The translations under genes and the position numbers were made by a program. From the NCBI RefSeq assembly GCF_009914755.1, contig NC_060948.1: a stretch of 64,000 nucleotides of DNA; one strand, given 5' to 3'. The stretch's first letter is position 1, and each line of letters opens with the position of its first letter. Under the pieces are notes generated by a model. It was not told the origin of the DNA, did not search any database, and saw only the letters and a program-made list of their open reading frames with translations. The stretch comes from the human T2T-CHM13v2.0 reference genome, Homo sapiens. Shown here one piece after another: positions 25,537-41,682 of the stretch.

Positions 25537-26111
25537 CTTTCACATTAGGTGCTTTGTGGTGAAAACGGTTTCAGGGGTGATGGCATTGTACATTTTGAGA
25601 CACAGAAGCAGCTGAAAGATCTATTCAAAAATGAAATGGATGCTTCTAAATGATAGCAAATTCTTTGTTGGATTAAGTCTTGTAAACAATGAGAAGCAAA
25701 ACTCAGAGTTAAAAAGCTCACCAATGTTTACAGGAAGATTTTTGGAGAAGACATGGATGGTAGGTGCCTTAAAGATCTCTTTGGCAAGTTGGGATGTGTC
25801 TTAAGTGTGATAGTAGTGGTTAATGAAAGTGCAAAACCCAAAGGTTTTGGATTTGTCAGCTTTGAAAGGCATAAAGATGCGCAGATGAGATGAACAGAAA
25901 GAAGCTCAATGGAAAACAAAATGATGTTAGTCAAGCTCAGAAAGAAGTAGAATGGCACATGGAACTTGTGTGCAAATTTGAAAAGATCAAGTAATATAGG
26001 ATCACCAGATAACAAAGTGTTAACATTTATGCAAAAAATCTTGATGGTATTGATGAATGTCTCTGGAAAAACTTTGTCCACTTGGTACAATCACCAATGC
26101 AAAAGTTATGA

Positions 26112-26255
<144 letters not shown>

Positions 26256-27453
26256 TGAACAGAAACAGGCTCAGCTCATTAACCAGTACAGTATGTGCAA
26301 AGAATGGCAAGTGTAAAAACTATGCTCAACCTGGGAATCAGTCCCTATCAGCCAGCACCTTCTTCAATTGACTTCATGGCAGTTATCCCACAGACTGAGA
26401 GCCATGCTGCAAAGTATTCTCCTAGCCAAACTGCTCAACTAAGATCAAATCCTCCCTAAATTGCTCAGGGTGCCAGACCTCATCCATTGAAAAATATGCC
26501 GAAGCCACTCCTAGCTCACTACATTTAGTAGTAAGAGACCAGCTTCTTCCCAGCTTCCATGAGTCATGTCAACACAGCTGTTGTAACACATCGACACAGA
26601 CAATAGGAGCACATCCTGCAGTTGCCGCTACTGCTACTACAGATACTCCTGCTGTTTGTACCATTTCACAGTATAAATATGCTATGGAAGCTCACAATCC
26701 TCAATGGCATTTTCATGCACAGCCCCAGGTTACCATGCAGCAGCCTGCTGTTCATGTAGAAGGTCAAGAACCTTTGACTTCCATGATGGCATCTGCTCCT
26801 CCTCAAAAGCAAAAGGAAAAGAGTGAATGGTTGTTTCCTCTTCTCAAGCCATGCCCTAGTCGTGCTGCTAAAATCATTGGCATGTTGTTGGAGATTGGTA
26901 ATTTAGAACTCCTTCATATACTTGAATCTCCAGAGCCTCTCTATACTAAGGTTGACAAAGGTATAGTTGTACTACAAGACAACCAAGCTAAAGAGGCTGC
27001 CCAGAAAGCAGTTAATGGTGCCACTGCTGTTCCAATTGTTTAAAACTGATCAGGGACCAGAGAAAGAAACTTGAGCATCACTGAAGAAAAATATCTCCAT
27101 ATCGAAAACCTTAAATACTATGGAAAAAATTTGTAAAATATAAAATAAATTTAAAAAGGAAACTTTGAACTTTACATACCAAACAAATGTCAGATCTAAC
27201 AAATGCAATGATAGTCCTAGATTACTTATTGATTTGAAAAGAAAAAATCCTCCCAAAATAATAAAATATAAAAACACTGTAATGCTTTTCAGACTCTGTG
27301 ATACATAATTTTCAGCAAAGTATAAAAATTTAAAGCATTCCTTTAATTTTGGAATTCATTAGTGTGGAATAGCTAAGAATGTCACTTCTGTTTTAAGTAA
27401 CAGAATTGATAACTGAGCAAGGAAACATAATTTGGATTATAAAATTTTGCTTT

Positions 27454-27459
27454 AATAAA
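27454..27459 (+). terminator. Polyadenylation signal of the PABPC1 retrocopy
   Basis: AATAAA 15 nt before the A-rich tail starting at 27475. Confidence 0.8.
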
Positions 27460-27501
27460 AATTCCTTAAACAGTAAAAAAAGATACAAAAAAACTTTATA
27501 A

Positions 27502-27843
<342 letters not shown>

Positions 27844-28147
27844 TTATTTATTTAAATACTATAAACACTAATATCATACACATGGTTAACTGGTTGTAAT
27901 TTTCAAATTATATTAATAAATTTTTATAAAAACTTTTATAAATAAAACACATAAAATTTCAAATAAATAACAACATCTGCCACACTACCTTAAAACGGCG
28001 ACTATTTCAGTATAATAAACATATATCACAGACACTTAGAGAAAGTTCAATAAATAAAGAATAAAAAGAATAGGTACAACAATTTTCCTCCTAATCAAAA
28101 ACACAATTCCTCATTTTGAAAATTATTTATTATATCTCTTTTATTAA

Positions 28148-28522
<375 letters not shown>

Positions 28523-29756
28523 TATATTTTTATTTTTTTATAAGTGACAATGAGATGTCTTCATTATTTAAATAGTAGTCAAAACACTGGCACAGTTTAA
28601 ATTTTTAGAATTTGAGTACTAGAATTACAATATTTGAAAATGGAGTCTGTACTTTGCTGTAAAACTATAAAGAGAAAATATCACTAAAACAGTAGCTATT
28701 TTATCTTTTCCCAGAGTTATTCTCCCAGAGTGTATTTTCTAAGTTATTTCTCAGACGGTTTTAGAACTTTTGGCAGTTTCGGTGATATATTCTGTAAAAG
28801 CCCTTAGACTTAACAGGAATAACACATAGTTTTGATTGCCTTAAATTTTAATTGCTTCACTTGGCAAATTTATGTGCAAATTTCATATTCTGTGGTATTT
28901 TAATATCTTGCTTGTGGAGAAGAGGAAATAGATGAATGAAAGTAATATTCAGTCCTTGCATTGAGCTTTTGCCAAAGAAGTCTAAACAATTTCTAAAATG
29001 TCATTCAATAAGACCATTTTAGAAGTGTTTATATGACTCTTATAACTTTAAAATAAAGAGTCTTGAAGTAAATTAAAACTCACTTTGCTTGTGATGGGTT
29101 CTACATTAACATGGCAGATTTAATCAGCCAGAATTAAAAGGTAATTCTACATTACTAAGGAGAAGAAACTGCCACATGACAGTAGTCTCCAAATCTTTCA
29201 TTTTTGGAGGCCGCCTTTTATGCCTAGATTTTAAAATACTAATTGAAAAAAATATAGTTTACTTCCATTTGTGATTTAATTTTATTTCTATAAATAAAAA
29301 TATAGATAGTGTTTCATCTAAAAACTGCTAAATCAGACTTTCATTTTAAGGGCATGGCAGAAATAAGGAAAGACTAACTTGGTTCTATTAATTAACATAT
29401 TATTTATTCAGGCAGTCACCAAAACCAGAATTTAAAATCTATTCAGTTAACCCATTTAAAGTTGATGTGTTTTACTCCTTTTATTTTTCTTTTTGTAGTG
29501 ATCTTTCTAACTGAATTACTGGACATCATGGGGAGTTCTACTCCTCCTATTTGGAAACTTAGGCTATCTTACCAAGTTCAATATTCAAAGTTTTTCTTTC
29601 TGCCATTAAGTTTGTTTAATTTTATAGTAAGCTCAGTTTGTATTATGATATCAAATTCAGCCTGACGGATTACTTTAAACTTTCCTAGGGTATTTACAGA
29701 TTTAATTTGTTCTTACACTATGTAAATTCCAAGAGAGCATTCTTTTTAATATTATT

Positions 29757-29762
29757 TTTATT
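29757..29762 (-). terminator. Candidate polyadenylation signal of the SLC9B1-like gene
   Basis: tttatt on the plus strand (AATAAA on minus), ~170 nt past the stop codon. Confidence 0.55.
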
Positions 29763-29928
29763 AAATTAACTTTGTAGTAAAAAGTCCAAGAAAAGCCCTG
29801 TACAGAAATCACATGTTTACTAAATCCTGGATTTTCTGTACAGTCCCTACATACTTCTACTTTAAAATTCTTCTGTCATGTGAAATAATTCATTAAAAGA
29901 AGCAGGCAGATGATGACAGGTAAACTTT

Positions 29929-30144
29929 TTAATGATGTTCTAATGTTGACAATTGCAGTTTTATTTTGCTTGGATCATAATGGCGTGTAAGCATTTTAGG
30001 CCCCAGAATGCCCATAAGTAGAGCTCCATTTGGAGCTGTGATCATGATGGCTAAAAATGCTACTGTCATCACATCCTTCGCATATGTTTCCAAGTGGGGT
30101 GTGGAGACTCTTGCTGTTTCTAGAGCCAGAGGACCTAACACAGC
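29929..30144 (-). pseudogene. SLC9B1P: SLC9B1-like last coding exon (216 nt)
   Basis: tgtag|GCT; AVLGPLALETARVSTPHLE...QLSTLEHH*. Confidence 0.93.
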
Positions 30145-30589
30145 CTACATTTAGGGGTAAAAATGGGGCATAAAGAAAAATATTAAACTGAGTTAATATA
30201 TAATGTAAATGGCTCTGTTAAAATAAACAAAATCTAGTACTAGACTATTAGAAAAAAAAGGACTCAGTAATTTTCATAAGTTACTCATCAGTTCCATGTT
30301 CTTCCTAGGAAATATATGTGGAGGAAGAGTACAATAGTGACAAATCAGCATGCAAACATTTTTGGGCTGATTTTGCACTCTTGTCCTCTCAGTGTTCCTC
30401 TATTGAAATATCTCTTTTGAGTGTTGCCCTCATAACACCAGGAGTTCTAATGAAGCCGGTTTTGCTTAGTTGCCTTTATTGTGTACCAGTGGTTTTTGAC
30501 TACAAGAAGACAAAATAAAATATTAAGTTTTCTTATGGTTCTCTAGGATTTGTTGCCCTTCTTTTCATTGTTCTCCTTATTCAGGGGGC

Positions 30590-30822
30590 ACTGGGTTATA
30601 GCAGAACTGACAGCAGGCTTGGAATCTAGCAAACTGGGTTTGAATTCTATTTTTGCTGCAACCAGGCTAGTGACCTTGTACAAATGACTCACACTCTTAC
30701 TTGTACATGTACTTACTTACATGTAAAACGAAGAACAAAATATTTATCTTACTGGACGGTTGTGAAAATTAAATATGAGAATGTGAAGAATACCTGGCAC
30801 AGAGTAGGTATTCAGATAGTAG
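30590..30822 (+). mobile_element. MIR
   Basis: ctgggtttgaattc...gtgaccttg...ggttgtgaaaattaaat...cctggcacagagtagg core motifs. Confidence 0.7.
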
Positions 30823-31409
30823 TAAGTTTCTTTCTCCTTCACTCCTCATCCCCTGCCAGGTCAGAGAATGAGTTCCTTTGAAGTTTTTGTTTTAGAATGA
30901 CTCTACTGGGTCACAAGTTTTTTTCCCTAGTTACCTTCTACCATATTATTTTTAATAACATAAAGCAAATTTCTTGCTAACTCTCTTTCCTTGTGTTTAA
31001 TAACTAGGGATGAAATTGCCTTAAAATTTGGGGGAATTAAATACCAATATATAACATATTTTCTATGGAGTTGCAAAGTAACAACATAATGGTAGAAACA
31101 TTACCTCTGATATGGAACATTATGGCAAAAGAACCCCTCAATTTAAGATCAATTTATATATCCTAAATCAATAATTTAAAATGGTATTATTTTTATATCA
31201 TAACTTTAAATGTACTGAACATGATCCAGTGTGCTGGAGGATGCTAGGGAGAAAGAAATAATCATGCAGAAAACCACCTTGAAAGAATCTTACAGTTTAG
31301 AAGAGGATTTGAACATAAAAGAACTGCCAACAGAAAAAAACAAAAACAAAAACCAAACCCATTGACTTTTAAGAGATGATGACGATAATGGTGAAACTAG
31401 AAATAATAT

Positions 31410-31520
31410 TTTTATAGTTATATGGCATTCATCATATGTCAGGTATCATTCTTAAAGCTTTCCATTTATCAATTCATTTAATTCTTATGACAACCTTATT
31501 ATGTGAGGACTTTTATTAGA
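31410..31520 (-). mobile_element. MIR fragment
   Basis: tatgtcaggtatcattctt...tcatttaattcttatgacaacc. Confidence 0.5.
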
Positions 31521-32159
31521 TGATAAATGATTTCCTCCTAGTGACTGAGATTTAATATTATTTCTTCAAAAAAATCCAATTACCAAGCTGATCTTACATT
31601 TGTAAACTAAATTATTTATTTAATCTCCTAATAGCTTCTATTTTTCCAGTCCAATTTTTATCAGTAACTCAAAACTGAGGAACAAGAGAAAGCTGAATCT
31701 TAGCCAATTTTATTTTAGCAGCAGAGAATGGCAGAAGAGGATAAAGGTGAAAATAATTTAAAATTGAAATTTAAATATTTGTTGATTGTATTTACTCATG
31801 ACATTATTGTTATCTATTATTGCTGTTGTGACTCTACTTGTATAAATAATTAATTTTTTATGTCTTGCCAGTTTCTGGGACCAGCTTGATATTCTTTGTG
31901 TAGAAGCTAGCCTGGAGCCAGCAGACAGGAATAGGCAGAAGCAGAATAATACTGCAGGACTCAAGTGAGTGGTCTCTTTCCTCATACCTGCTTTTCTTTT
32001 TTCCCTGCTTTATGAAAATTATGAAATAATGAAACAAAATTGCAAGAGTATTGTTGGAAGGAGAGAGAACAGATACTCCTTTTGTAGATTTATTATTCCC
32101 TACAGTAGACATTAAAAATAAAAGTTATTTATATTACTTGGAGGTAAGATAAAATAACA

Positions 32160-32385
32160 ACATTGTTTGCTAACTGAGCACCACCATATGCCAGAGAGAG
32201 TGCTAAGCACTTTACGTAGATTATCTCATTGAGTCCTGACAACACTGCTAAGAAACAGATACAGTCATAGACTTCATTGTAAGATGAGAACACTGAAGAA
32301 CTGATAAACTAGAAAATAATTTTCCTGAGGTTATAGGCAAGTAACATGGTATTTGAAACAGGTAGTCTGGCTCTATGAACCTGCT
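32160..32385 (-). mobile_element. MIR
   Basis: actgagcacc..tatgccag..gtgctaagcacttta..ttatctcatt..agatgagaacactga. Confidence 0.7.
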
Positions 32386-32579
32386 TTTCTAACATGATAA
32401 TAGAGGTTTTTTTGCATGAAAATTTAGGAGCTTCTGTTTTAGAATAACAACTAAGAAAACAGCCACAGGAAATTAAGGTATATTATGTTGCCAAGTTAAA
32501 CAGTCTAACAAGAAGTAGCCATATATTTTAGTAGGAGGAGAATATCCTTGAATAACAGGGCAAAATTACAAGGTTTCCC

Positions 32580-32780
32580 TTTCCGTTCATTCATACTTGT
32601 AGGCATGCAATACGTATTTGCCTCCTGCATGTCAGGCACTGTGTTAAGTGCCAGGGAGAAATAATGAAAAACAACTGCAACTACCAGACACTGTCCCTGT
32701 CCTTAAGTAGTCTATCAAGGGGGCGGGGGCAGGGGTTTAGCCATTAACCAAATAGTATACAAATAAATGTGTAATTAAAA
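32580..32780 (-). mobile_element. L2 3'-end fragment
   Basis: ttcattcat...atgtcaggcactgtgttaagtgccaggga. Confidence 0.55.
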
Positions 32781-32855
32781 ATATATGTGCATTTGTGTGA
32801 TGGAGTGAGTGGCAAGGTAGGAAAAGTATTTTTTAAAAAATCAATGTGTCTCCAT

Positions 32856-33159
32856 TTTACTTTACTTTTTTTTTTGCGACAGGATCTCACTTTGTCACCC
32901 AAGCTGGAGTGAAGTGGCATGACCTCAGCTCACTGCAGCCTCAACCTCCTGAGTTCAAGCAATCCTCCTGCCTCAGCCCCCAAGTAGCTGTGACTACAGG
33001 TGCGTGCCACCACACCTGACTAATTTTTTTGTATTTTTTGTAGAGACGGGGGTTTTACCATGTTGCCCAGGCTGGTCTTGAACTCCTGAGCTCAAGTGAT
33101 CTGCCTGCCTCAGCCTCCAGAAGTGCTAGGATTACAGGCATGAGCCACCATGCCTGGTC
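32856..33159 (-). mobile_element. AluJ
   Basis: Reverse Alu dimer with J-type bases (ctcactgcagcctcaacctcctg, ttgcccaggctggtc). Confidence 0.9.
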
Positions 33160-33364
33160 TGTGTCTCTACTTTTTAAAATCATAACATTCAGCTTTGTTA
33201 TATTCAGCAACATATAAAAACTCTAATTTTCAGATATATTCTTATTATGTATTTTAGGAAAATAAAAAACATATTTTCATAAACTTAGGAAGTACTTATT
33301 GAAACAATACCTTTTGATTTCAAATAGGGGTTGCTTTTAAAACTGAGATTTCAAATGTTATGTT

Positions 33365-34165
<801 letters not shown>

Positions 34166-34317
34166 GTTACGTTAATTTTAATGAATAGTTATGATCAATC
34201 AAACATTTAAAAATAAGGATAATAGCTCATATTTTGTGATTGGAGTAACATTTTTCATTTTAAATTTTAAAAGCATCAAAATGAAAGCATTAAGCAATAG
34301 GCTTAATATGTTCTTAC

Positions 34318-34454
34318 CTGTACTGTAGCTTTGGGCATCCATGCTAAAGCAATAAATATTTTCTCCTTAAAACTAAAACCAGCAAAGCACATCAATAGAT
34401 ATATGTTTAAAATTCGAACACATAATGCCAAACTCAGAGTGGAAACAGATATGC
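34318..34454 (-). pseudogene. SLC9B1P: SLC9B1-like exon (137 nt)
   Basis: gtag|GC...CAG|gtaaga; ISVSTLSLALCVRIL...WMPKATVQ. Confidence 0.93.
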
Positions 34455-34721
34455 CTACAACAGATGAAAACAAACATAAATAACAAAATATTTGTGAAGA
34501 AATGTTCTTTATGCCCAGGAATATGATTTCTAAGACTTTTGAAAGCATTTTAAGGCTTTTTTCTCTTCATGTGTTTAATTTTTACATAAAACAATGATAA
34601 TAAAAAATGAATATGATGGAGGATTCTCTGTAAAGTGCAAGACAGTATCTGATGGTGGAGGTACCATGAAAAATAAGGCAGATGACATTTATACAATTCT
34701 GAACTAATAGACTTTTTTTGA

Positions 34722-35037
<316 letters not shown>

Positions 35038-35341
35038 AATAGTTTTCAATGAAAGTATTCAAAAAGTGCTGATCGTATCAAATATGCTCCCTCAGAAAAG
35101 AAATCTTATATTTATTTCCTTAGATAACTCAGGGAAGATATTCAAGGCTGTCCTTGGTTTAAAAAAAAAGAGCACACAGTGTAAAGGAAGAGCAATATGA
35201 AAATATGACACTGTATCAACATGTGTTTCTGAAGAAGGTCCTTGTAGCCATTCAAAGATATATTGTAAATAAAAATAAATGTATTTATAACTTTTTAAAT
35301 ATTTTTGAATTTCATATTTTTTGTGCTCTAATTATTCTTAC

Positions 35342-35450
35342 CAACAATATTTGATTCAAGCAATGAAACAGATACTTCTGCTCCAACTAAACCAAAAAGA
35401 AGTGGTTGAAAAATATCCCATACATTTGTAATAATCTTTTGGACTTTCAT
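35342..35450 (-). pseudogene. SLC9B1P: SLC9B1-like exon (109 nt)
   Basis: ctatag|ATG...GTTG|gtaag; MKVQKIITNVWDIFQPLLFGLVGAEVSVSLLESNIV. Confidence 0.93.
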
Positions 35451-35525
35451 CTATAGAAAAGAGAAAAACATTTTTAATTATTTTGGCACATAAATATATT
35501 TCAGAAAGTTAAAGTCTCCCTCACC

Positions 35526-35827
35526 TTTTTTTTTTCACTTTTTAAGTATTTTAGAGATGGGGTCTTGCTCTGTTGCCCAGGCTGGAGTGTAGTGTCATAA
35601 TCATAGCTCACTGTAGCCTTGAACTCCTGGGCTCAAATGATCCTCTCACAGTCTCCGAAGTAGAACTACAGGTGTGTACCACCATGCTGGGCTAATTTTT
35701 AAATTGTTTATCTAGATGGGGCCTCGCTATATTGCCCAGGATGGTCTAGAACTCCTATCTTCAAGTGGTCTCTGGCTGTGGCCTCCCAAAGCACTGGCAT
35801 TATGGACATGAGCCACCATGCCTGGCC
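35526..35827 (-). mobile_element. AluJ
   Basis: Reverse dimer with J-type bases (atcatagctcactgtagccttgaactcctgggctcaa). Confidence 0.9.
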
Positions 35828-37099
35828 TAAAGTCACTTAACATTTAATAAATTTAAGACACTTTATTTTAATAAAAATGTTAAACTTAATTAATAAAAAC
35901 TGAGCACTTCAATAGTTTTACTCAAACACTTAGGTAGAATTTGAATAAAAGAAATGCACAAAGCAATAAAATAATACTATTTGGCCATTTTGTCACAGAA
36001 TAAGTGATGTCCTTAGGGTTCTAGCCATGTTTCGTATGAGTTCCAGATTTTGTCTCTAAGTTAACTGAACAAAGATAGAACTACGTCATGCCTGATGAGA
36101 ACATACCCAGTTCATGCAAACATTTGGGTTCTCAGAAGGGGATTGGGAAGCCTTCCACTAACAACCATCCTGGAACTCAATCCTATTAAAGTGAATCCTG
36201 ATATATATAGCATATGCTACTAAGAAAAACAATTTGGAAGTCTGCTAGGCCTGCTTCCAAAGAACCCATGTTGAGTACTTTAGAGTTACTTTTTCCTTAA
36301 AACAAAACCAAAACATATATTAGATTCTCATTTAGCTGCCTACCCAGCTTCCCTTTCTGGAAAAGAATGTCTCCCAGTGCCACTTTCCCAATTAAAAGGT
36401 TACAGGAAAGGCCCCTATTGGCCTACATTACTCTGGCTCTTCTCCAGGAATTTGGATGAAGAGATTTCAGTCTCAGTCTGGGTTTAATTTTTTTTAAAAC
36501 AGAAGATACATAAGAACTTTGATGCCTCTTCCTTGAGGCATAAACTATCTTCATAACTATTTCCCTTATGACTGTGTTTTCTGATCCCCACTTATTATAG
36601 TTTAAAAAAAGAAAAACAAAGAAAAACGATGTTACTACTCTTTACAGCATAATTATCCTATTTGTTACTTTTAATCTTTAAAACTTGTTTTAGTTCTGTT
36701 TCTTTTACCATTTAAAAAAATTCTAGCAGTTTTAATTTTATTTATTGATTTGCATTTCATTCATTTCATTTCTTTTATAATTATGATTATATAAGAATAC
36801 TAAGAAAAATGCCACTATGATTTTTGATTAGGGAACTTCTCAAGCTGATTCTAAAATTTATCTAAGAAAGAATGTATGTAGGAACAGCCAAAAAATACTT
36901 TAAAAAGAAGTATAATCTATATTAGATTTTGACACATAAAACTGCAGTGATGTAAAACAGTAGTGTTGGCACAGAAATAGAGAAGTAGGATTAAATAGAC
37001 TTCAGAATTAATATATATGGGAGAATTTAGTTCATGTTAAAAAACTGAATTATTAATGAATTGGTCAATAAATAAACAATTTGGCAAAAAATGACTGTC

Positions 37100-37408
37100 T
37101 AGTTTATGTGCATATATCTGTATGTACATATTCATCACATGCAAATATATATGTGTGTCTGAATATGTATATATATTTATGTGTGTGTATATATATATAT
37201 ATACACACACATCAGGCATGATGTAGTTCTATCTCTGTTCAGTTAACTTACAAAATGTATGTGTGTGTGTGTGTATATATATATAGTTTGTAATATACAC
37301 ATATGTATATATGTATAACTTTACCTCACAAAATGTATGTGTGTGTGTATGTATATATATATAGTTTGTAAGATACACATATGTATATATGTATAACCTT
37401 ACCTCACA
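37100..37408. repeat. (TA)n/(TG)n compound microsatellite with a 78-bp tandem duplication
   Basis: caaaatgtatgtgtgtg...accTTacctca occurs at 37251 and 37329. Confidence 0.85.
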
Positions 37409-38032
37409 GCATTCACAAAGATAAATTCCAGATAGATTAAAAGACTAAATGAAAAAACAAATTAAACAAACCAAAACTACCAAAATATTAAATGATAATA
37501 CACAAAATAGTATATATTTGTAATGTTTATATGTTATAATCTTCAGTGAGAAAGTCCTTCTTAAATGAAATGCAGAATCCAAAACAAAAAAAGGAAAACC
37601 CAATAGGTTTGGTCATAGGAAATTTTACTTTCATACATCAGAAACCATAAACAAAGTTGAAGATAAGCAAAAATTATATGCAATATATACATAACAAAGG
37701 ATCAGTAGCACTAACACTAAGAGAAACTATAAATTAGAAACAAAAAAATAAATAACCCAATAAAAACGGTCAAAGAAGATCATTTAAAAAGAATATATGA
37801 AGAGAAGCTTACTATACTACTAATCAGAGAAATGTAAATAAAGAATAACAACATCACATAATTGTAAGAAACTATAAGAATTGGATGGTGAGGTCATTTA
37901 ATAGTAAAAAGAATAGAACTAGTGACAATACCAAGTGCTGTTGATGAGTTAAAGTATTAGATATTTTTGTGCACTGTTGACAGAGTGTAAATAACCAAAA
38001 TTTTTGAAGGGATAATTTAGCAGTGTCCATCA

Positions 38033-38184
<152 letters not shown>

Positions 38185-38214
38185 TCATTTCTGGGACTCT
38201 ATTCCTACAGATGT

Positions 38215-38395
38215 ACCTGTAATCCCAACACTTTGGGAGGCCGAGGCAGCAGTATCACCTGAGGTCAGGAGTTCAAGACCTGCCTGGCCAACATGGTGAA
38301 ACCCCGTCTCTCCTAAAAATACAAAAATTTGCTGGGCCTGGTGGTGCACGCCTGTAATCCCAGCTACTAGGGAGGCTGGAATAGAAGAATCACTT
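38215..38395 (+). mobile_element. Partial AluS
   Basis: cctgtaatcccaacactttgggaggccgagg...agaatcactt, truncated at both ends. Confidence 0.85.
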
Positions 38396-38579
38396 CATGA
38401 GCAACACTGTTTATGACAGCACTGTTTATAAATAACAAAAAGTGGAAACGATCTAAATGTCTATAAATAGAATACTGGTTACTTAAAAAATGTAAGGGGG
38501 TTAGATATTTGACAGTGGTGGAGAATAAAGAAATCTTTTACATTTTATTCTATATGCTTTATTCTTTTACAAGCATTTC

Positions 38580-38942
<363 letters not shown>

Positions 38943-39234
38943 TAATTAAAATTTCAATGAATAAAATAATTAGATTGATATAAGTAATATAATAATATTA
39001 TATAAAACTTGGGAAAAAGAGAAGCCTGATGTGATTAATTCAACTTCTGATTCCATATTAGTATTCTTCCAGCTGCTTTTCCTAAATATTTTATTTCCTC
39101 GATTGATTCATACACTTTCTTGAGGGTAGCAAACCTTTGGAATATTTTACAACCAGAATGAGGGGATTTCCTAAATATATGCAAAAAATTCAGTTGTCTT
39201 AGCTTTTAAAATATAGCATATTAAAAATATTCAC

Positions 39235-39384
39235 CTTTTCTTGGGACCATTTTGTCCATTCAATGAAATGCAACACTAGTGTGCATAATCCTCCAGATCC
39301 ATGTAAACCAATAGGTTGGCTGCCTAAGACAGCAGAAACAAACGTAATCAAAACAAGGAATCCTCTCTTCAATGTAATTTTTTT
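39235..39384 (-). pseudogene. SLC9B1P: SLC9B1-like exon (150 nt)
   Basis: ttctag|AAA...AAG|gtgaat; KKITLKRGFLVLITFVSAVLGSQPIGLHGSGGLCTLVLHFIEWTKWSQEK. Confidence 0.93.
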
Positions 39385-40226
39385 CTAGAATTAGATAGAT
39401 ATTTAGAAATTAGTTTATATTAAATATATAATACAAGATTTGACATTATCTACTACATATGTTTGACCCTTTGACATTATGTCTTTAAATGTTATACTAA
39501 ATCTCTAAAATTTTGATTTTCTTTCTCACCATACATTTTAGCAGACTTACTACCAAGTAACAAAATTTCCAATTAATAACGTTTTACCTTCTGCCACATC
39601 TCTGATACTAGTATCAGTAAAATGGTTAAAGTATTACTTTAAGTGAAGAAGAAAAGAGACCCATAAAATCTCCAGTTTCATATAACATATCCAATGAATT
39701 CTTAAAAAATATTTGAATATCTCTTTGGTCAGTATGTTGCAACTAAATTTGGATGGAAATTACAGAAATATGAAAGTAATGACATGTTTTCCTTTAAGGC
39801 AGGAAATGGCTAAGTTTGAGAGCTGCCTTTGTCAAAGGATAGCTGGAGTGAATTTCAGTCAGAAAATATGCATAAATAAATGGGAACCTATCTCCCCCTA
39901 AAATGTTTAACGGAAAATTTGGGGGAAATTATCAAACATCAATAGGCAATTTAGTAGAGAAAGGGAAAGTATAATTCAGAGAGATACTCTGCATTAAGTA
40001 TATTTTTTGACATTCCTTATTTGCCAAATCAGGAAGCAGAGACTTTAATCAAAGCCATTGTCCTGTATCAATCACTGCTGTGCTCAGTTTTAAATACAGA
40101 GTAGGCATTGGAGGCTAGTTTTAGAAAAATAGAGTTAAGTATTAAATTTCATGGATCTTACCAAAGTTTAATATTTTGGAAAAAATGTCTAATACTATAC
40201 TTCTATAAAATAGATTTTGTATTTAC

Positions 40227-40333
40227 CTGGTCTTCACTTGGAAAATATCGAACAAAAAATCCCAAAACAATTCCGGCCAGCAGACTAATACATACGTTCC
40301 TTAGAGAGGCTATGGCGTTATTAATCATACCAC
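40227..40333 (-). pseudogene. SLC9B1P: SLC9B1-like exon (107 nt)
   Basis: ctacag|GT...CAG|gtaaat; GMINNAIASLRNVCISLLAGIVLGFFVRYFPSEDQ. Confidence 0.93.
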
Positions 40334-40624
40334 CTGTAGGGGCACACAATAAAAAAATTCACAAAGAAATATTTTCACATACACTACACATCAGAAAAGC
40401 AAATCTAGGTGGTTCATGAAGAAAAGTAAGCATTTTATAGAACAAATATATGCAAATGGTCTTTTTATAGTGACATGTATGAAAACACGTAGATCTATTT
40501 AGTACATTAAATATATATGCTCAAATAATTTAATATATACACACAACTCAGAAATGTCCATTATATAAATAGGCCAGAAAACAAAGACTTAACAAGCACA
40601 AGATGCTCCCCTTATATAGCCAAT

Positions 40625-41062
<438 letters not shown>

Positions 41063-41387
41063 TTAACATGAAAAGAACAATGTAATAACCACATAAAAAA
41101 TTTTGTTCCAGGGTCAGTCCTAGAAACATTCAAGGGTCATTTAAGATTTCAGTACATTTAAGTTTCTGCTTTTGGTGAAGAAAAAAGGAAAAAAATATAC
41201 AAAAGATTCAAGTATATTTTATATTAATTAATATTAATATATCCATACTTGTAGTTCATTGTAATAAGTAAAAAACAAAAAATAAAAAAACAGAATGAGT
41301 CACAAAAATAGTTCAGTTAAGCTCTGGGTAGTGGATTCAATATAGTACGTAAGTATATTTTTAGATATATTTTCTATTAAATATAAC

Positions 41388-41682
41388 AGGCAGCACATGG
41401 TGGGCTCACACCTTTAATCCTAGCACTTTGGGAGGCCAAGGCAGAAGGATTGCTTGAGCCCAAGAGTTGAGACCAACTTGGACAACAGAGTGAAACCCCA
41501 TCTTCACAAGAAAATAAGAAATTAGCCCGGTATGTGGTGTGTGCCTATTGTCCAAGTACTCAGTAGCCTGAGGGAGGAGGTCCCTTGAGCTCAGGAGTTC
41601 GAGGCTGCCCTCTAGCCTGGCTGACAGAGCAAGATCCTGTCTCAAGAAAATAAAATATAATAAAAATAAAAAATAATATAAA
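41388..41682 (+). mobile_element. AluJ (internally deleted)
   Basis: ggattgcttgagcccaagag, gagcaagatcctgtctc, A-rich tail. Confidence 0.88.

Noticed and set aside
26672-26679. TATAAATA just upstream of the MLLE mini-ORF as a TATA box
   Set aside because: It is PABPC1 Tyr-Lys-Tyr coding sequence and lies only 4 nt before the ATG, too close to include it in a transcript
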